From Methylococcaceae bacterium TMED69 (GTDB lineage: Bacteria; Pseudomonadota; Gammaproteobacteria; Ga0077536): a DNA stretch of 64,000 nucleotides. Positions 50,276 to 61,350 of this stretch are shown here, piece after piece (position 1 is the stretch's first letter; each line of letters begins with the position of its first letter). The position numbers were made by a program, and so were the translations under genes. Location of the stretch: positions 186,190 to 250,189 of the forward strand of contig NHDW01000004.1 of the NCBI GenBank assembly GCA_002170535.1. Reading direction: 5' to 3'. The notes under the pieces were generated by a model that was given only the letters and a program-made list of their open reading frames with translations, was not told the DNA's origin and did not search any database.

Positions 50276-51466
50276 ATGAATAATCAAGATGAGCCTTATG
50301 TAGATATAACAATAGGTCAAACCTCTGTAAAGGTAATCGGTACGGCACATGTTTCGAAAAAAAGTAAGGCAATAGTTGCACAGGAAATAAATTCGCAAAA
50401 ATATGATTGTGTAGCAGTTGAATTATGCGATACTCGCCTTGAGCAAATAAAGAATCCAGATTTCGTAGCTAACTCTGATATATTTAATATTATTAAAGCT
50501 AAAAAAGTTTCGACTTTTATCATAATGTTAGCTATGAGTGCTATGCAGAACAGAATAGCAAAAAATCTAGGGGTGGAGCTTGGCCTTGATATGAAGGAGG
50601 CCGTCGCCCTCGCAAATCAAAATAAACTTGGTTTAGTTCCTATAGATCGCGGAGTTTCTATCACATTTGCGCGGTTAACCCAAAACATGGGGTTTCTTAA
50701 CCGGTTAAAACTATTGTTTGATATCGCAACAAGTATATTTGAAGAAAAATCTGTTTCGGCTGATGAAATTGAATCATTAAAATCTACCGGGGCTCTCGAA
50801 AACATAATAACCCAAATATCTGATGATGCGCCGTTATTACATCAATTTTTAATCTTGGAAAGGGATAGATATATGAGTCTAAAGCTTTCGGAGTTAGCAA
50901 GTCGGTACGATAGCATTTTGGCGGTAGTGGGTGCTGCTCATTTGAAGGGAATTAAAAGCAACCTAAAGGAAATGGAATCAAAGGAAACGAAGAGCAATGA
51001 GTTAGCGCTTCTTAATAATATCTCTAAAAGGAGTTCTTTTATTCAGTTTTTTCCCTATCTAATCCTCGTAATTATAATTTTCGGTTTTGTGTATGGTTTT
51101 TACCAAAGTCCAGAATTAGGAATTGATATAGTTAAGGACTGGGTTTTAATCAATGGTGGTCTTTCAGCATTTTTTGTGTTGATAAGCAGAGGACATCCTT
51201 TGTCAGTTATAGTCGGTTTCCTCGCTGCTCCACTAACCTCTTTGAATCCTACTGTGGGAGCGGGAATGGTAGTTGGTCTAATTGAAGCATGGCTGAGGAA
51301 GCCGAAAATATATGATTTTATGAAACTTAAAGAAGATACTGGGTCCTTGAAAGGTTGGTTTTCAAATAATGTGACGAGGGTTCTGATAGTTTCTTTCATG
51401 GCTGGCTTCGGGTCTGCTTTGGGCACATATATTGCCGGTTACCACATCTATGGTAAATTGTTTTAG
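50276..51466 (+). CDS. TraB/PrgY/GumN (TIKI-like) family protein with C-terminal membrane segments
   Basis: N-terminal VKVIGTAHVSKKS block typical of TraB family, ~400 aa, several C-terminal TM helices. Confidence 0.75.
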   Translation: MNNQDEPYVDITIGQTSVKVIGTAHVSKKSKAIVAQEINSQKYDCVAVELCDTRLEQIKNPDFVANSDIFNIIKAKKVSTFIIMLAMSAMQNRIAKNLGVELGLDMKEAVALANQNKLGLVPIDRGVSITFARLTQNMGFLNRLKLLFDIATSIFEEKSVSADEIESLKSTGALENIITQISDDAPLLHQFLILERDRYMSLKLSELASRYDSILAVVGAAHLKGIKSNLKEMESKETKSNELALLNNISKRSSFIQFFPYLILVIIIFGFVYGFYQSPELGIDIVKDWVLINGGLSAFFVLISRGHPLSVIVGFLAAPLTSLNPTVGAGMVVGLIEAWLRKPKIYDFMKLKEDTGSLKGWFSNNVTRVLIVSFMAGFGSALGTYIAGYHIYGKLF

Positions 51467-51489
51467 CCGTATAATTATCGGAGAATTTA

Positions 51490-51828
51490 ATGCCTTATTA
51501 TGATTATAAAACTGTGAATTTTGATAAAATTGTGACAGTATGGCACCCAGTTGATACCGATGTAGAGATTTGGGGTCAAGTGTGCTTTATTGCCCAAGTT
51601 CCTATGGGCAAAATACCCTACGATGAGCCAGTGCAGAAATATCTATCCGCTGTAGAGATTATAAAAACCACGAGCAATTCTGAACTTAGAGAAAAGGGTT
51701 TCACGAAGTTAGTAAAAAGAGATGAAGGGGTTTTTGAAAACGTAACGGCCTCTGAAAACGAGTCTAGATACATGTTGTCAGATGATCCTACGACATTACC
51801 TAATTTAGCTAATAAAGTACCAGATTAA
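51490..51828 (+). CDS. hypothetical protein (112 aa)
   Basis: Complete ORF ending at a strong terminator; no recognisable domain. Confidence 0.5.
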   Translation: MPYYDYKTVNFDKIVTVWHPVDTDVEIWGQVCFIAQVPMGKIPYDEPVQKYLSAVEIIKTTSNSELREKGFTKLVKRDEGVFENVTASENESRYMLSDDPTTLPNLANKVPD

Positions 51829-51856
51829 AAAAAAGCCCCTTGAAGGGGCTTTTTAA
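51829..51856. terminator. bidirectional rho-independent terminator (shared by the 51490 ORF and groEL)
   Basis: A7-GCCCC-UUGAA-GGGGC-U5 hairpin. Confidence 0.8.
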
Positions 51857-51886
51857 TAGTAGGTAGACCTATACAAGCAGGCTTGT

Positions 51887-53554
<1,668 letters not shown>

Positions 53555-53586
53555 TTACTCCAATTCTTATTCTAAAATTTTTACTG

Positions 53587-53877
53587 TTAACCTTCGAAGA
53601 CGGCCATAACGTCGTCTTCGCGCATAACAAGTAGTTCTTCGTCGTCCACCTTGACTTCTGTACCTGAGTATTTTCCGAAAAGGATTTTATCACCGGCTTT
53701 TACGTCCAATGGTCTTACATCGCCGTTCTCAAGTAATTTGCCATTGCCTACGGAGACGACTTCTCCTTTGGCCGGTTTTTCTGTAGCTGAGTCTGGTATA
53801 ACTATACCGCCAGGGGATGTTTTTTCTTCATCCCATCTTCGCACGATTAATCTATCGTGAAGAGGTCGAATTTTCAT
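53587..53877 (-). CDS. groS: co-chaperonin GroES
   Basis: 96 aa Cpn10, [12 protein letters not shown] start. Confidence 0.95.
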   Translation of the reverse strand: MKIRPLHDRLIVRRWDEEKTSPGGIVIPDSATEKPAKGEVVSVGNGKLLENGDVRPLDVKAGDKILFGKYSGTEVKVDDEELLVMREDDVMAVFEG

Positions 53878-53950
53878 TTGTATGGTTCTCCAAATAATTT
53901 AAGAAATCATTAAATTAAACGTATTGAGGTTCAACAAGTGACCATCAATA

Positions 53951-53977
53951 TTAGCACTCACATTAGAGTGGTGCTAA
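53951..53977. promoter_or_regulatory. CIRCE-like inverted repeat (putative HrcA operator) upstream of groES
   Basis: TTAGCACTC-N9-TGGTGCTAA; left arm perfect, right arm 7/9 to CIRCE consensus GAGTGCTAA; 74-100 nt upstream of groES start. Confidence 0.55.
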
Positions 53978-54037
53978 CATTAATACGTTACGGATAAAGT
54001 GTCAAGAGGGTTTATAATTAAATTTTGGATACTCACT

Positions 54038-54568
54038 ATGCGTTTAATTTTAACTTTGATTTTTTTCTCGGTTTGCTCACAAAGTTGCTTTTCTGCAACC
54101 GCTACGACTGAGCGAATTTTTATGGACTATCGGATTAATCTAGAAAAGCTATCACACCAATCCTCTAAGAGAGGCGAGTTGTTTATTTCAGTTTTTAAAG
54201 GTGATCTTCCCGTCACTAAATTACTGCTGACACATGAGGGTATAATAGCTGAATATTTAGTTATGGATATAGATAACAATAACAGTCTTGAAATTATTTT
54301 ATTATTTGAAAATACGCTCAAGAATATCCGAATTTTCACTATGAAGCGGCATGAGCTAATGGAATTGACTATAGGAAATCAAGACTTAACCAATAAAAGC
54401 CTTAAATTTATAAAAATCGATAAAGAAGGAGATGATATTTACAGAACTCTGGAGGTTTTGGACGGTGAGCGAATATATTTGCAGGTTCAAAAATTTTGTT
54501 TCAGAGAACAGCAGTGGTGTGAGTATATCGACTGTACAACTATTCCCCAGATGAGTTTTTGTAGCTGA
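54038..54568 (+). CDS. hypothetical secreted protein (176 aa)
   Basis: ATG at 54038 gives a signal peptide (MRLILTLIFFSVCSQSCFSA); no recognisable domain; 3' end overlaps the gamma-subunit gene convergently. Confidence 0.5.
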   Translation: MRLILTLIFFSVCSQSCFSATATTERIFMDYRINLEKLSHQSSKRGELFISVFKGDLPVTKLLLTHEGIIAEYLVMDIDNNNSLEIILLFENTLKNIRIFTMKRHELMELTIGNQDLTNKSLKFIKIDKEGDDIYRTLEVLDGERIYLQVQKFCFREQQWCEYIDCTTIPQMSFCS

Positions 54569-55208
54569 AAATGCATCCTAGTTTACCGTCTGTCTCATTA
54601 TTGATTTCCATGATTGTACTGAATACGTAGTGAGAATCTGCCGGTTGCAAAATGCACCGTAAATGATCTGACCGTTTATTAACCTTCCTTAAAATAGCGT
54701 TTGCTCCTGCAAGCGATCCACAAAGTAAACCTGATTCAGACCAGGCTGAATCAGGAACGGGAACAAGTTCTTTTAAAACTAAAGAAGCAACTGGTCCCAT
54801 CATCGCAAATTCACAGTAATCAGCACGTTGTACAACATAATTGACAGAGCTAGACGGAATTGAACTTTTAAAACCGTTAATCAACGTTTCGTCATAGGAG
54901 TTGACAAGTATGATTTTTTCTTGGTCAAGACAAATAATTCCACCACTACCCACTGAGGTCCATTGAAATGGCTCTATATCATTAATTTCAAAGTAGGTTT
55001 TTGTTATTAGCGCTGCTTCTTTCCCTAAAATTATTAACTTCTGAAGACAGGATAAATCGAATATGCAACTGATTTCTGAAGTGGCTTTGAAAGGTTTTCG
55101 AAGAGCACTTATTTGACAGGATTGAAATGTTTTAGTCTCTACTGTACTTTTATCGAAGAAAGCTCCTAAGGGGCTTGTGCTATCAAAGTCACCATGTATT
55201 AAAGTCAT
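54540..55208 (-). CDS. sarcosine oxidase gamma-subunit family protein (probable N-methylglutamate dehydrogenase subunit D)
   Basis: 222 aa, SoxG family size and position (last of four sox-like genes); ATGA overlap with alpha subunit. Confidence 0.7.
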   Translation of the reverse strand: MTLIHGDFDSTSPLGAFFDKSTVETKTFQSCQISALRKPFKATSEISCIFDLSCLQKLIILGKEAALITKTYFEINDIEPFQWTSVGSGGIICLDQEKIILVNSYDETLINGFKSSIPSSSVNYVVQRADYCEFAMMGPVASLVLKELVPVPDSAWSESGLLCGSLAGANAILRKVNKRSDHLRCILQPADSHYVFSTIMEINNETDGKLGCIFSYKNSSGE

Positions 55209-58057
55209 ACATTCTGCCTTTCATTTTCTGGATCATAAAAACTCGAAGAAACAACTAATGCGCTAAGAGTCGAGCCATCATCAAGTCTAATTTGGACTGA
55301 CTCGTTTTGATGAAACGGGACGTTTATCATAGCTAGGCCAATGATTTTCTTTAAGGTTGGGCTGAAGTTTACACTTGTTACTCTTCCTGTGATATCGCCT
55401 TGAAAGATTGTAAGATTATTTTCCTTGATCTCAAGTCCTCTTAAATCACTCATTTCGAAGCCTACAAGTTTTCGTGCTACATTTTCTTTTAGGTCTTTCA
55501 AACTGTTTCTACCATAAAATCGATCTTTCTTTAAATTAACCCCCCATCCTAGGTTAACTTCAAAGGGGTTGGTGTTACCATCTGTATCTTGTCCAAAAAT
55601 AAGATGGCCTTTTTCTAAGCGAAGTAATCTCTGCGCTTCTACTCCGAAAGGTTTAATGTGGTTAGGCCTACCCGCTTCGAGTAATCCATTCCAAACCCTA
55701 GCTAAGCTATTTGTAGGCATATGTATCTCATAACCTAGTTCGCCCACAAACCCTACACGCATTATTCTTGATGGTACTCCGCAAACGGTTGCCTCTCTAT
55801 AGCCTAAGTAAGGAAACTCCTCTGCATTGAGCGGATAATCCGTAACTTGGCTCAATACATTTTTCGAGGAAGGGCCGGCCAAATTCAAGGCACCGACTTG
55901 GCCCGTATGATCCCAAATTGTGACATCTAATTTTAATTGTGCCTTAAAAAGTTCAAGTAGCCTAACAACGGTTTGGGAGTGGCTACTAGTTGCTGTAATG
56001 TAAAAATGGTTTTCCCCAAGTTTTGCAGCTACTCCATCATCTACCAGCGTTCCACCGGCGTCTACCATGAAAATATACCGAGTCATTTCTAATTTTAATT
56101 TATCAAATTTGCAAGTATAAGCGTACTCTAGTAATGCCTCTGCGTCGGGCCCAAAAAGTTCGATTTTACCGAGTGTTGAAACATCAATGATGCCTACGTT
56201 TTTTCTCACTGTTGAGTATTCTTTAGCTATAAGATCTCTGGAAACCGATCCACCATAGGCCATTGGACGACGCCAAACCCCATTTTCCTTTATATCAGCC
56301 ATTTGTTCCTGGTGATATGCATCAAGACTAGTTCTTCTCTCTCTCCTTACTCGTCTGCCTGCAAGTTTTCCTATTGGTACAGGATAAACAAAAGGTCTGG
56401 GTGTTACAGTTCCTACATTACCTACGGGTAGTTCATTAAATTCAGCTACTAATCTGATGCCGTTTAAATTGGACAATTTGCCTTGACTAGGCCCCATTCC
56501 AATAGTGCTATATCTTTTCAGTAACTCAATTGAATCAAACCCTTCTTTCATGCCATTTATCAAATCCTTTACTTTTAAATCTTCATCCAGATCAATAAAC
56601 TCATTTCCTTTGGCATGCGGATAGATCGGGTAGGAATGGCTCTGATTTTCACAAGCTATTTCGATGTTATTCGAAACCACTTGATTCTCTAAGAAGGCCT
56701 CGCAAGCGGCGGCCGTGAGTTTACCATCTTCTAATCTGTTTGTAAGGTCATAAACACCCCTAACCGATCCAGCAGCGAAAATCCCTAAAGGCAACTCATC
56801 TGGGATCAGCTGATTAATTTCTTCAATGTACTTTAGCTTGCTTCCTGCTTGTACGAGCAAATTTGAAGCAGGCGACCAACCAATACTCATTATTAAGCCA
56901 TCACATACGATTTCTTTAGAGGAAGGATCATTGACGGTCCGGTAAACGAATGAACTTAAACAACCATTTTTGCTTTTTGCTTCCGTCGGAACTACATCAC
57001 TTACTACTTCAATCCCTATTGATTCTGCGTGCTTCTTAAGTACTCCATTTGCTTCAAAGGGTGATAGTTGTAAAATGTAATTTACATTTACTCCTGAGGC
57101 TTTAAGTTTCAATAGGCGTTTGAATCCTAAGTCATTTGCTACCAGTGCGATTGACTTTTCGAATGGGTCGATTGAATATCTATGAGCTAATCTGGCTACA
57201 GCGGACCCTAATACAACCCCGGGAAGATCATTATTTCGAAAAACGGCAGGTTGTTCATAGGCTCCAGAGCAAGTAATTATTGCTTTTGCTGAAACTAATT
57301 TACAACCATTTGGTCCTTCTAAAATTACCGATTTGTCATCGTAATACCCACTCGCGAAATGTTGATTTAAGCAAGTAATATTCGAGGCCGCTGTTTCCCT
57401 GATATTTGATTGGATTCTTTCCGAAAGATCTTCCAGTTCGAAGCCGGAACATCCCCCAAGTTTAAGATTTTCGTCTGCAATTATTACTTTGTACTTCGAT
57501 TTCGAAAAATACGCGGCTGCTGCGGTTCCTGAGGCACCTCCACCAATGATTAGAACATCGCAAAATAAGGTTTCAGAAGGATATCGTTTTTTAGTGTAAT
57601 TAGCCTTGACTTGCCCTAATCCAGCTAAGTTTCGGATAAGTTTTTCCCAATAGGGCCACAGAAAAGCTGGTTTAAAAAAGGCTTTGTAATAAAATCCGAC
57701 CGGAAGTATTGGTGCGAATACACCCAGAATACGAGTGAGGTCATTACGTACCCCACCGATTGTATTAATAGCTTTTAAGCTGCCATAATCCTCATTTGCC
57801 AGAGAAACATCACCTCTGATATTGGTTCTATCCTCAGATTGGAGGAGAACATTGGCGTCATGGTTAGCAAGTGAGACAAAGCCTCTTGGTCGATGGTATT
57901 TAAAACTTCTCCCTAATATTTTTTGTTCATTAGCTATCAAAGCACTTGTGATGGAATCACCTTTGAATGCGGTAATTTCATTGCCTTCAAATTTGAATGT
58001 TATCTTTTTGGAACGATCAATCCACTCATTATCTTTTGCTGGTAACCTTCTTGCCAT
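55205..58057 (-). CDS. sarcosine oxidase alpha-subunit family protein (probable N-methylglutamate dehydrogenase subunit C)
   Basis: 950 aa; N-terminal 2Fe-2S-like region, NAD/FAD Rossmann (IIGGGASG), C-terminal aminomethyltransferase/folate-binding (GcvT-like) domain. Confidence 0.85.
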   Translation of the reverse strand: MARRLPAKDNEWIDRSKKITFKFEGNEITAFKGDSITSALIANEQKILGRSFKYHRPRGFVSLANHDANVLLQSEDRTNIRGDVSLANEDYGSLKAINTIGGVRNDLTRILGVFAPILPVGFYYKAFFKPAFLWPYWEKLIRNLAGLGQVKANYTKKRYPSETLFCDVLIIGGGASGTAAAAYFSKSKYKVIIADENLKLGGCSGFELEDLSERIQSNIRETAASNITCLNQHFASGYYDDKSVILEGPNGCKLVSAKAIITCSGAYEQPAVFRNNDLPGVVLGSAVARLAHRYSIDPFEKSIALVANDLGFKRLLKLKASGVNVNYILQLSPFEANGVLKKHAESIGIEVVSDVVPTEAKSKNGCLSSFVYRTVNDPSSKEIVCDGLIMSIGWSPASNLLVQAGSKLKYIEEINQLIPDELPLGIFAAGSVRGVYDLTNRLEDGKLTAAACEAFLENQVVSNNIEIACENQSHSYPIYPHAKGNEFIDLDEDLKVKDLINGMKEGFDSIELLKRYSTIGMGPSQGKLSNLNGIRLVAEFNELPVGNVGTVTPRPFVYPVPIGKLAGRRVRRERRTSLDAYHQEQMADIKENGVWRRPMAYGGSVSRDLIAKEYSTVRKNVGIIDVSTLGKIELFGPDAEALLEYAYTCKFDKLKLEMTRYIFMVDAGGTLVDDGVAAKLGENHFYITATSSHSQTVVRLLELFKAQLKLDVTIWDHTGQVGALNLAGPSSKNVLSQVTDYPLNAEEFPYLGYREATVCGVPSRIMRVGFVGELGYEIHMPTNSLARVWNGLLEAGRPNHIKPFGVEAQRLLRLEKGHLIFGQDTDGNTNPFEVNLGWGVNLKKDRFYGRNSLKDLKENVARKLVGFEMSDLRGLEIKENNLTIFQGDITGRVTSVNFSPTLKKIIGLAMINVPFHQNESVQIRLDDGSTLSALVVSSSFYDPENERQNV

Positions 58058-58293
58058 TATTGTTCCTCAATGGAAAGTATGGCATTGGCTTTAGTTTCAC
58101 GGCTTACCCTAAACCACTTTTGTGAAGGTTGGTGATACCACCACTCCATTCTCTTAAGAGGTCGGCTATCTTGGTGATAGGCCCATCTGCCCGCTGAGCC
58201 CTCGAGATCGGCAGGCTCTGGGTCGATGGCGCCTCCATAAATGAATTCTGTGATGGGTCTTTCTCCAATCAATGGGCAATTTAAGTATTTCAT
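58057..58293 (-). CDS. sarcosine oxidase delta-subunit family protein (probable N-methylglutamate dehydrogenase subunit B)
   Basis: MKYLNCPLIGERPITEF start matches SoxD (MLLIECPNCGPRNENEF); ATG at 58293; stop overlaps alpha start. Confidence 0.75.
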   Translation of the reverse strand: MKYLNCPLIGERPITEFIYGGAIDPEPADLEGSAGRWAYHQDSRPLKRMEWWYHQPSQKWFRVSRETKANAILSIEEQ

Positions 58294-58303
58294 AGTGGTA
58301 AAA

Positions 58304-59545
58304 TTAGTGGCCGACTGAGGCCGCCCCTTTCTCCCCGACAAGCTTGAAATCCTCGAATCTATTAAGATTGAATTCAGTGATCAGTGAATCGTCTTTATTA
58401 AGGGCTATTGAGTTTGCCATACATTTTCCGCTCACCGGAGTTGCTTTGAAGCCCCAAGTACCCCAACCTGAATCTAGAAAGAATCCATCAACTGGAGTAG
58501 TTCCCATAATAGGAGCAAAGTCTGGTGTCATGTCTGCCATGCCAGCCCATTGTCTATTAATCTTTACAGAACTTAGAAACGGGAATAAATCTAATATTTG
58601 GTCGCACATACCAGAGACAAATTCATAGCTTGATTTAGTGTTGTGCTGTTCAATTGGATCGACTGATGCACCCATCACAAGCTCTCCTCTGGAGCTTTGG
58701 CTGACGTAAATATGTAAACTTCCTGAGACGATTATAGTGTTTAGCCATGGTTTCATTGGTTCAGTAACACAGGCTTGGAGAGGATAGATATCGATTGGAG
58801 AATCGAGTCCGACCATGTTTAAAACTGTCGGTGTGGCACCCGCTACGGCTGAAAGTACTGTACTGGTTTTAATTGGGCCTCTATTTGTTTCAACAGAAAC
58901 GACTTTGTTTTTCTCGATATTAATTCCTGTTACTAGGGTATTCTGATGGATCTCAACCCCTTTTTGACAAGCTTTTTTTGCGTATCCCCATGCTACGGCA
59001 TCGTGCCTCGCGACAGCCCCAGGTGCATGAAACAGTGCGCCTTCAATAGGATGGTTGCCACCGCACTCAAGATCTATCTCAGGACAGGCCGCTTTGACCT
59101 CAGACGGTCCAACAACACTGCTGTCTATCCCATAATGTTTATTTACTTCTGCCCTCCATCTGGCGGTCCTCAAAGTAGCGTCGCTGTGTGCCAAAGTGAA
59201 GTGGCCCCTTTCAGAGAAAAAGATATTAGTTTCAAGTTCTTCCGAAAGTTGGTTAAATAATCGTACGCTCTCACCATAAAATTTAACCCCCTCTTCGGTT
59301 AGATAATTTGATCTTATAATGGTAGTGTTTCTACCTGTATTTCCAGCTCCAATATAGCTCTTTTCTAAAACGGCTACTTTACTTATGTTATGATAGTGGG
59401 AAAGATAGTAAGCACAAGCTAGGCCATGGCCACCGGCGCCAATTATTACAACATCATAGGATTCCTCAAGATCTTTCGCAGGATTGAACCACCTGTGTTC
59501 TGAATGGTTATCTATGAAGCCGTACTTTAATAATCTTATAGACAT
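58304..59545 (-). CDS. sarcosine oxidase beta-subunit family FAD oxidoreductase (probable N-methylglutamate dehydrogenase subunit A)
   Basis: 413 aa, VVIIGAGGHGLA dinucleotide-binding motif, DAO-family fold. Confidence 0.85.
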   Translation of the reverse strand: MSIRLLKYGFIDNHSEHRWFNPAKDLEESYDVVIIGAGGHGLACAYYLSHYHNISKVAVLEKSYIGAGNTGRNTTIIRSNYLTEEGVKFYGESVRLFNQLSEELETNIFFSERGHFTLAHSDATLRTARWRAEVNKHYGIDSSVVGPSEVKAACPEIDLECGGNHPIEGALFHAPGAVARHDAVAWGYAKKACQKGVEIHQNTLVTGINIEKNKVVSVETNRGPIKTSTVLSAVAGATPTVLNMVGLDSPIDIYPLQACVTEPMKPWLNTIIVSGSLHIYVSQSSRGELVMGASVDPIEQHNTKSSYEFVSGMCDQILDLFPFLSSVKINRQWAGMADMTPDFAPIMGTTPVDGFFLDSGWGTWGFKATPVSGKCMANSIALNKDDSLITEFNLNRFEDFKLVGEKGAASVGH

Positions 59546-59569
59546 ATGGAATTACTTTTGTGTATGAAA

Positions 59570-59962
59570 TTAATCAAATTTCCCGTAAGCAGTTCTTAAT
59601 GCTACTAGCGGATGGTTGTCTGACATTTGGAACTTAACAAGTAGTTCTCTAGCAATCATGTCTCTTTCCTGTTGGTTATCGGGCAGTTTTAGATCTGGTG
59701 GTACCGTTACCCATCCGTTAATATTGCGGTCGAATACAGCGGCACGACCCTCTTCGTAACCCATGTGGATGTCTTCGAGCCAATTCAGGTCTTTCCAACC
59801 CATATAATCTAGATATTTTTTAAGAAAAGGCGTCAACCTAGATAGGTCTGGTAATAGATTTACATCATAGCGATAACCAATCGTTTGTCCTATCATCTTC
59901 TCTCGCTCAGAGTCGACTCCATCTGACTTTAGATAATGATCAATGTCTTTGTTTTCACCCAT
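59570..59962 (-). CDS. hypothetical protein (130 aa) inserted between the mgs-like and sox-like genes
   Basis: Complete ORF, same strand, tight spacing; no recognisable domain. Confidence 0.5.
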   Translation of the reverse strand: MGENKDIDHYLKSDGVDSEREKMIGQTIGYRYDVNLLPDLSRLTPFLKKYLDYMGWKDLNWLEDIHMGYEEGRAAVFDRNINGWVTVPPDLKLPDNQQERDMIARELLVKFQMSDNHPLVALRTAYGKFD

Positions 59963-59992
59963 AGCTCTTCTCCTATCTAAAAATTATCGTAA

Positions 59993-61330
59993 TTAAAATC
60001 GGTTCAGGTCTGGCCGCCCGACCGTGACTTGGGTCCCGGCTAAAGGTACTTGAGCCATCGCGGAGGCTTCCATTGTTAGAGCAGCTAAATCCTCAGGCTC
60101 TAATGAGTGAATATTGGTTTTTCCACAGGCTCGGGCCATCATTTGGCACTCTATCGCAAGGGTGTGAAGGAAGTTATATACTCTCTCTGCGGCTTTGTCC
60201 GGGTCAAGTCTTTCTCTGAGTTTAGGATCTTGCGTGGCAATCCCAACTGGGCATCTCCCTGTATGGCAGTGATAGCAGTTGCCAGCTTTCACGCCCATTT
60301 CTTCCTCGAAATTGGCTTCTGGTATGTCCTTGTTGCAGTTTAAGGCCATCATAGACGCGTGACCAATTGCTATGGCGTCCGCCCCTAATGCTAAAGCTTT
60401 TGCGATATCTCCGCCATTTCGGATTCCGCCTGCATAGACTAATGTAATTTCTCCGCTTTTACCTACATCGTCTAAAGCTCGCCTTGCTTGTCTGATAGCA
60501 GCGATTCCAGGGACGCCTGTTTCTTCCGAGGCTAGGTGGGGTCCTGCGGCAGTTCCGCCTTCCATTCCGTCTATATAGATTGAGTCTGGGTCTGTCTTAG
60601 CGGCCATTCGAACGTCATCATATACTCTAGCAGCGCCCAATTTAAGTTGGATGGGTATTTCCCAGTTCGTTGCCTCTCTAATTTCTTCGATCTTGAGAGC
60701 CAGATCATCTGGTCCTAACCAGTCAGGATGTCTCGCGGGAGATCTCTGATCTATTCCAGCAGGTAGCGAACGCATCTCCGCGACTTGATCAGTAACCTTC
60801 TGACCCATAAGATGACCACCTAATCCTACTTTTGCTCCTTGACCAATAAAGAATTCGCACCCGTCAGCCAGTCGCAAGTGCTGCGGATTAAATCCATATC
60901 TAGATTGTATGCATTGATAAAACCATTTCTCTGAAAAACGTCTTTCATCTGGAATCATTCCACCTTCACCAGAGCATGTGGCTGTTCCCGCCATTGTTGC
61001 ACCTCTAGCTAAAGCTGTTTTCGCTTCAAATGATAGTGCTCCGAAGCTCATTCCTGTTATGTAAACTGGTATGTCGAGCTCAATCGGCCGTTTTGCCCTA
61101 GGTCCAATGATTGTTTTGGTTTCACATTTTTCCCTGTAACCTTCGATAACGAATCTAGTTAACGTACCCGGCATGAATGTTAGCTGGTCCCACCCAGGAA
61201 CCTTTTTAAACATTGAAAAACCCCGCATTCTGTATCTGCCAAGCTCAGATTTTATATGAATGTCATTCACTACATCAGGAGTGAAAATTGGGCTTTTCCC
61301 TAGTAAATACTTTTCCTTATCGTCAGACAT
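59993..61330 (-). CDS. glutamate synthase FMN-binding-domain protein (GlxD / probable N-methylglutamate synthase subunit C)
   Basis: 445 aa matching the FMN/Fe-S central domain of GltB (GGTAAGP, Cys cluster CYHCHTGRCPVG). Confidence 0.8.
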   Translation of the reverse strand: MSDDKEKYLLGKSPIFTPDVVNDIHIKSELGRYRMRGFSMFKKVPGWDQLTFMPGTLTRFVIEGYREKCETKTIIGPRAKRPIELDIPVYITGMSFGALSFEAKTALARGATMAGTATCSGEGGMIPDERRFSEKWFYQCIQSRYGFNPQHLRLADGCEFFIGQGAKVGLGGHLMGQKVTDQVAEMRSLPAGIDQRSPARHPDWLGPDDLALKIEEIREATNWEIPIQLKLGAARVYDDVRMAAKTDPDSIYIDGMEGGTAAGPHLASEETGVPGIAAIRQARRALDDVGKSGEITLVYAGGIRNGGDIAKALALGADAIAIGHASMMALNCNKDIPEANFEEEMGVKAGNCYHCHTGRCPVGIATQDPKLRERLDPDKAAERVYNFLHTLAIECQMMARACGKTNIHSLEPEDLAALTMEASAMAQVPLAGTQVTVGRPDLNRF

Positions 61331-61350
61331 AGCTGTTACTCCTTTTTGTT

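Noticed and set aside
53878-53950. Sigma-32 heat-shock promoter upstream of groES
   Set aside because: Could not find a convincing CTTGAAA-N13-15-CCCCATNT match by eye (only a poor CTTGTTGAA element); not reported as a feature.
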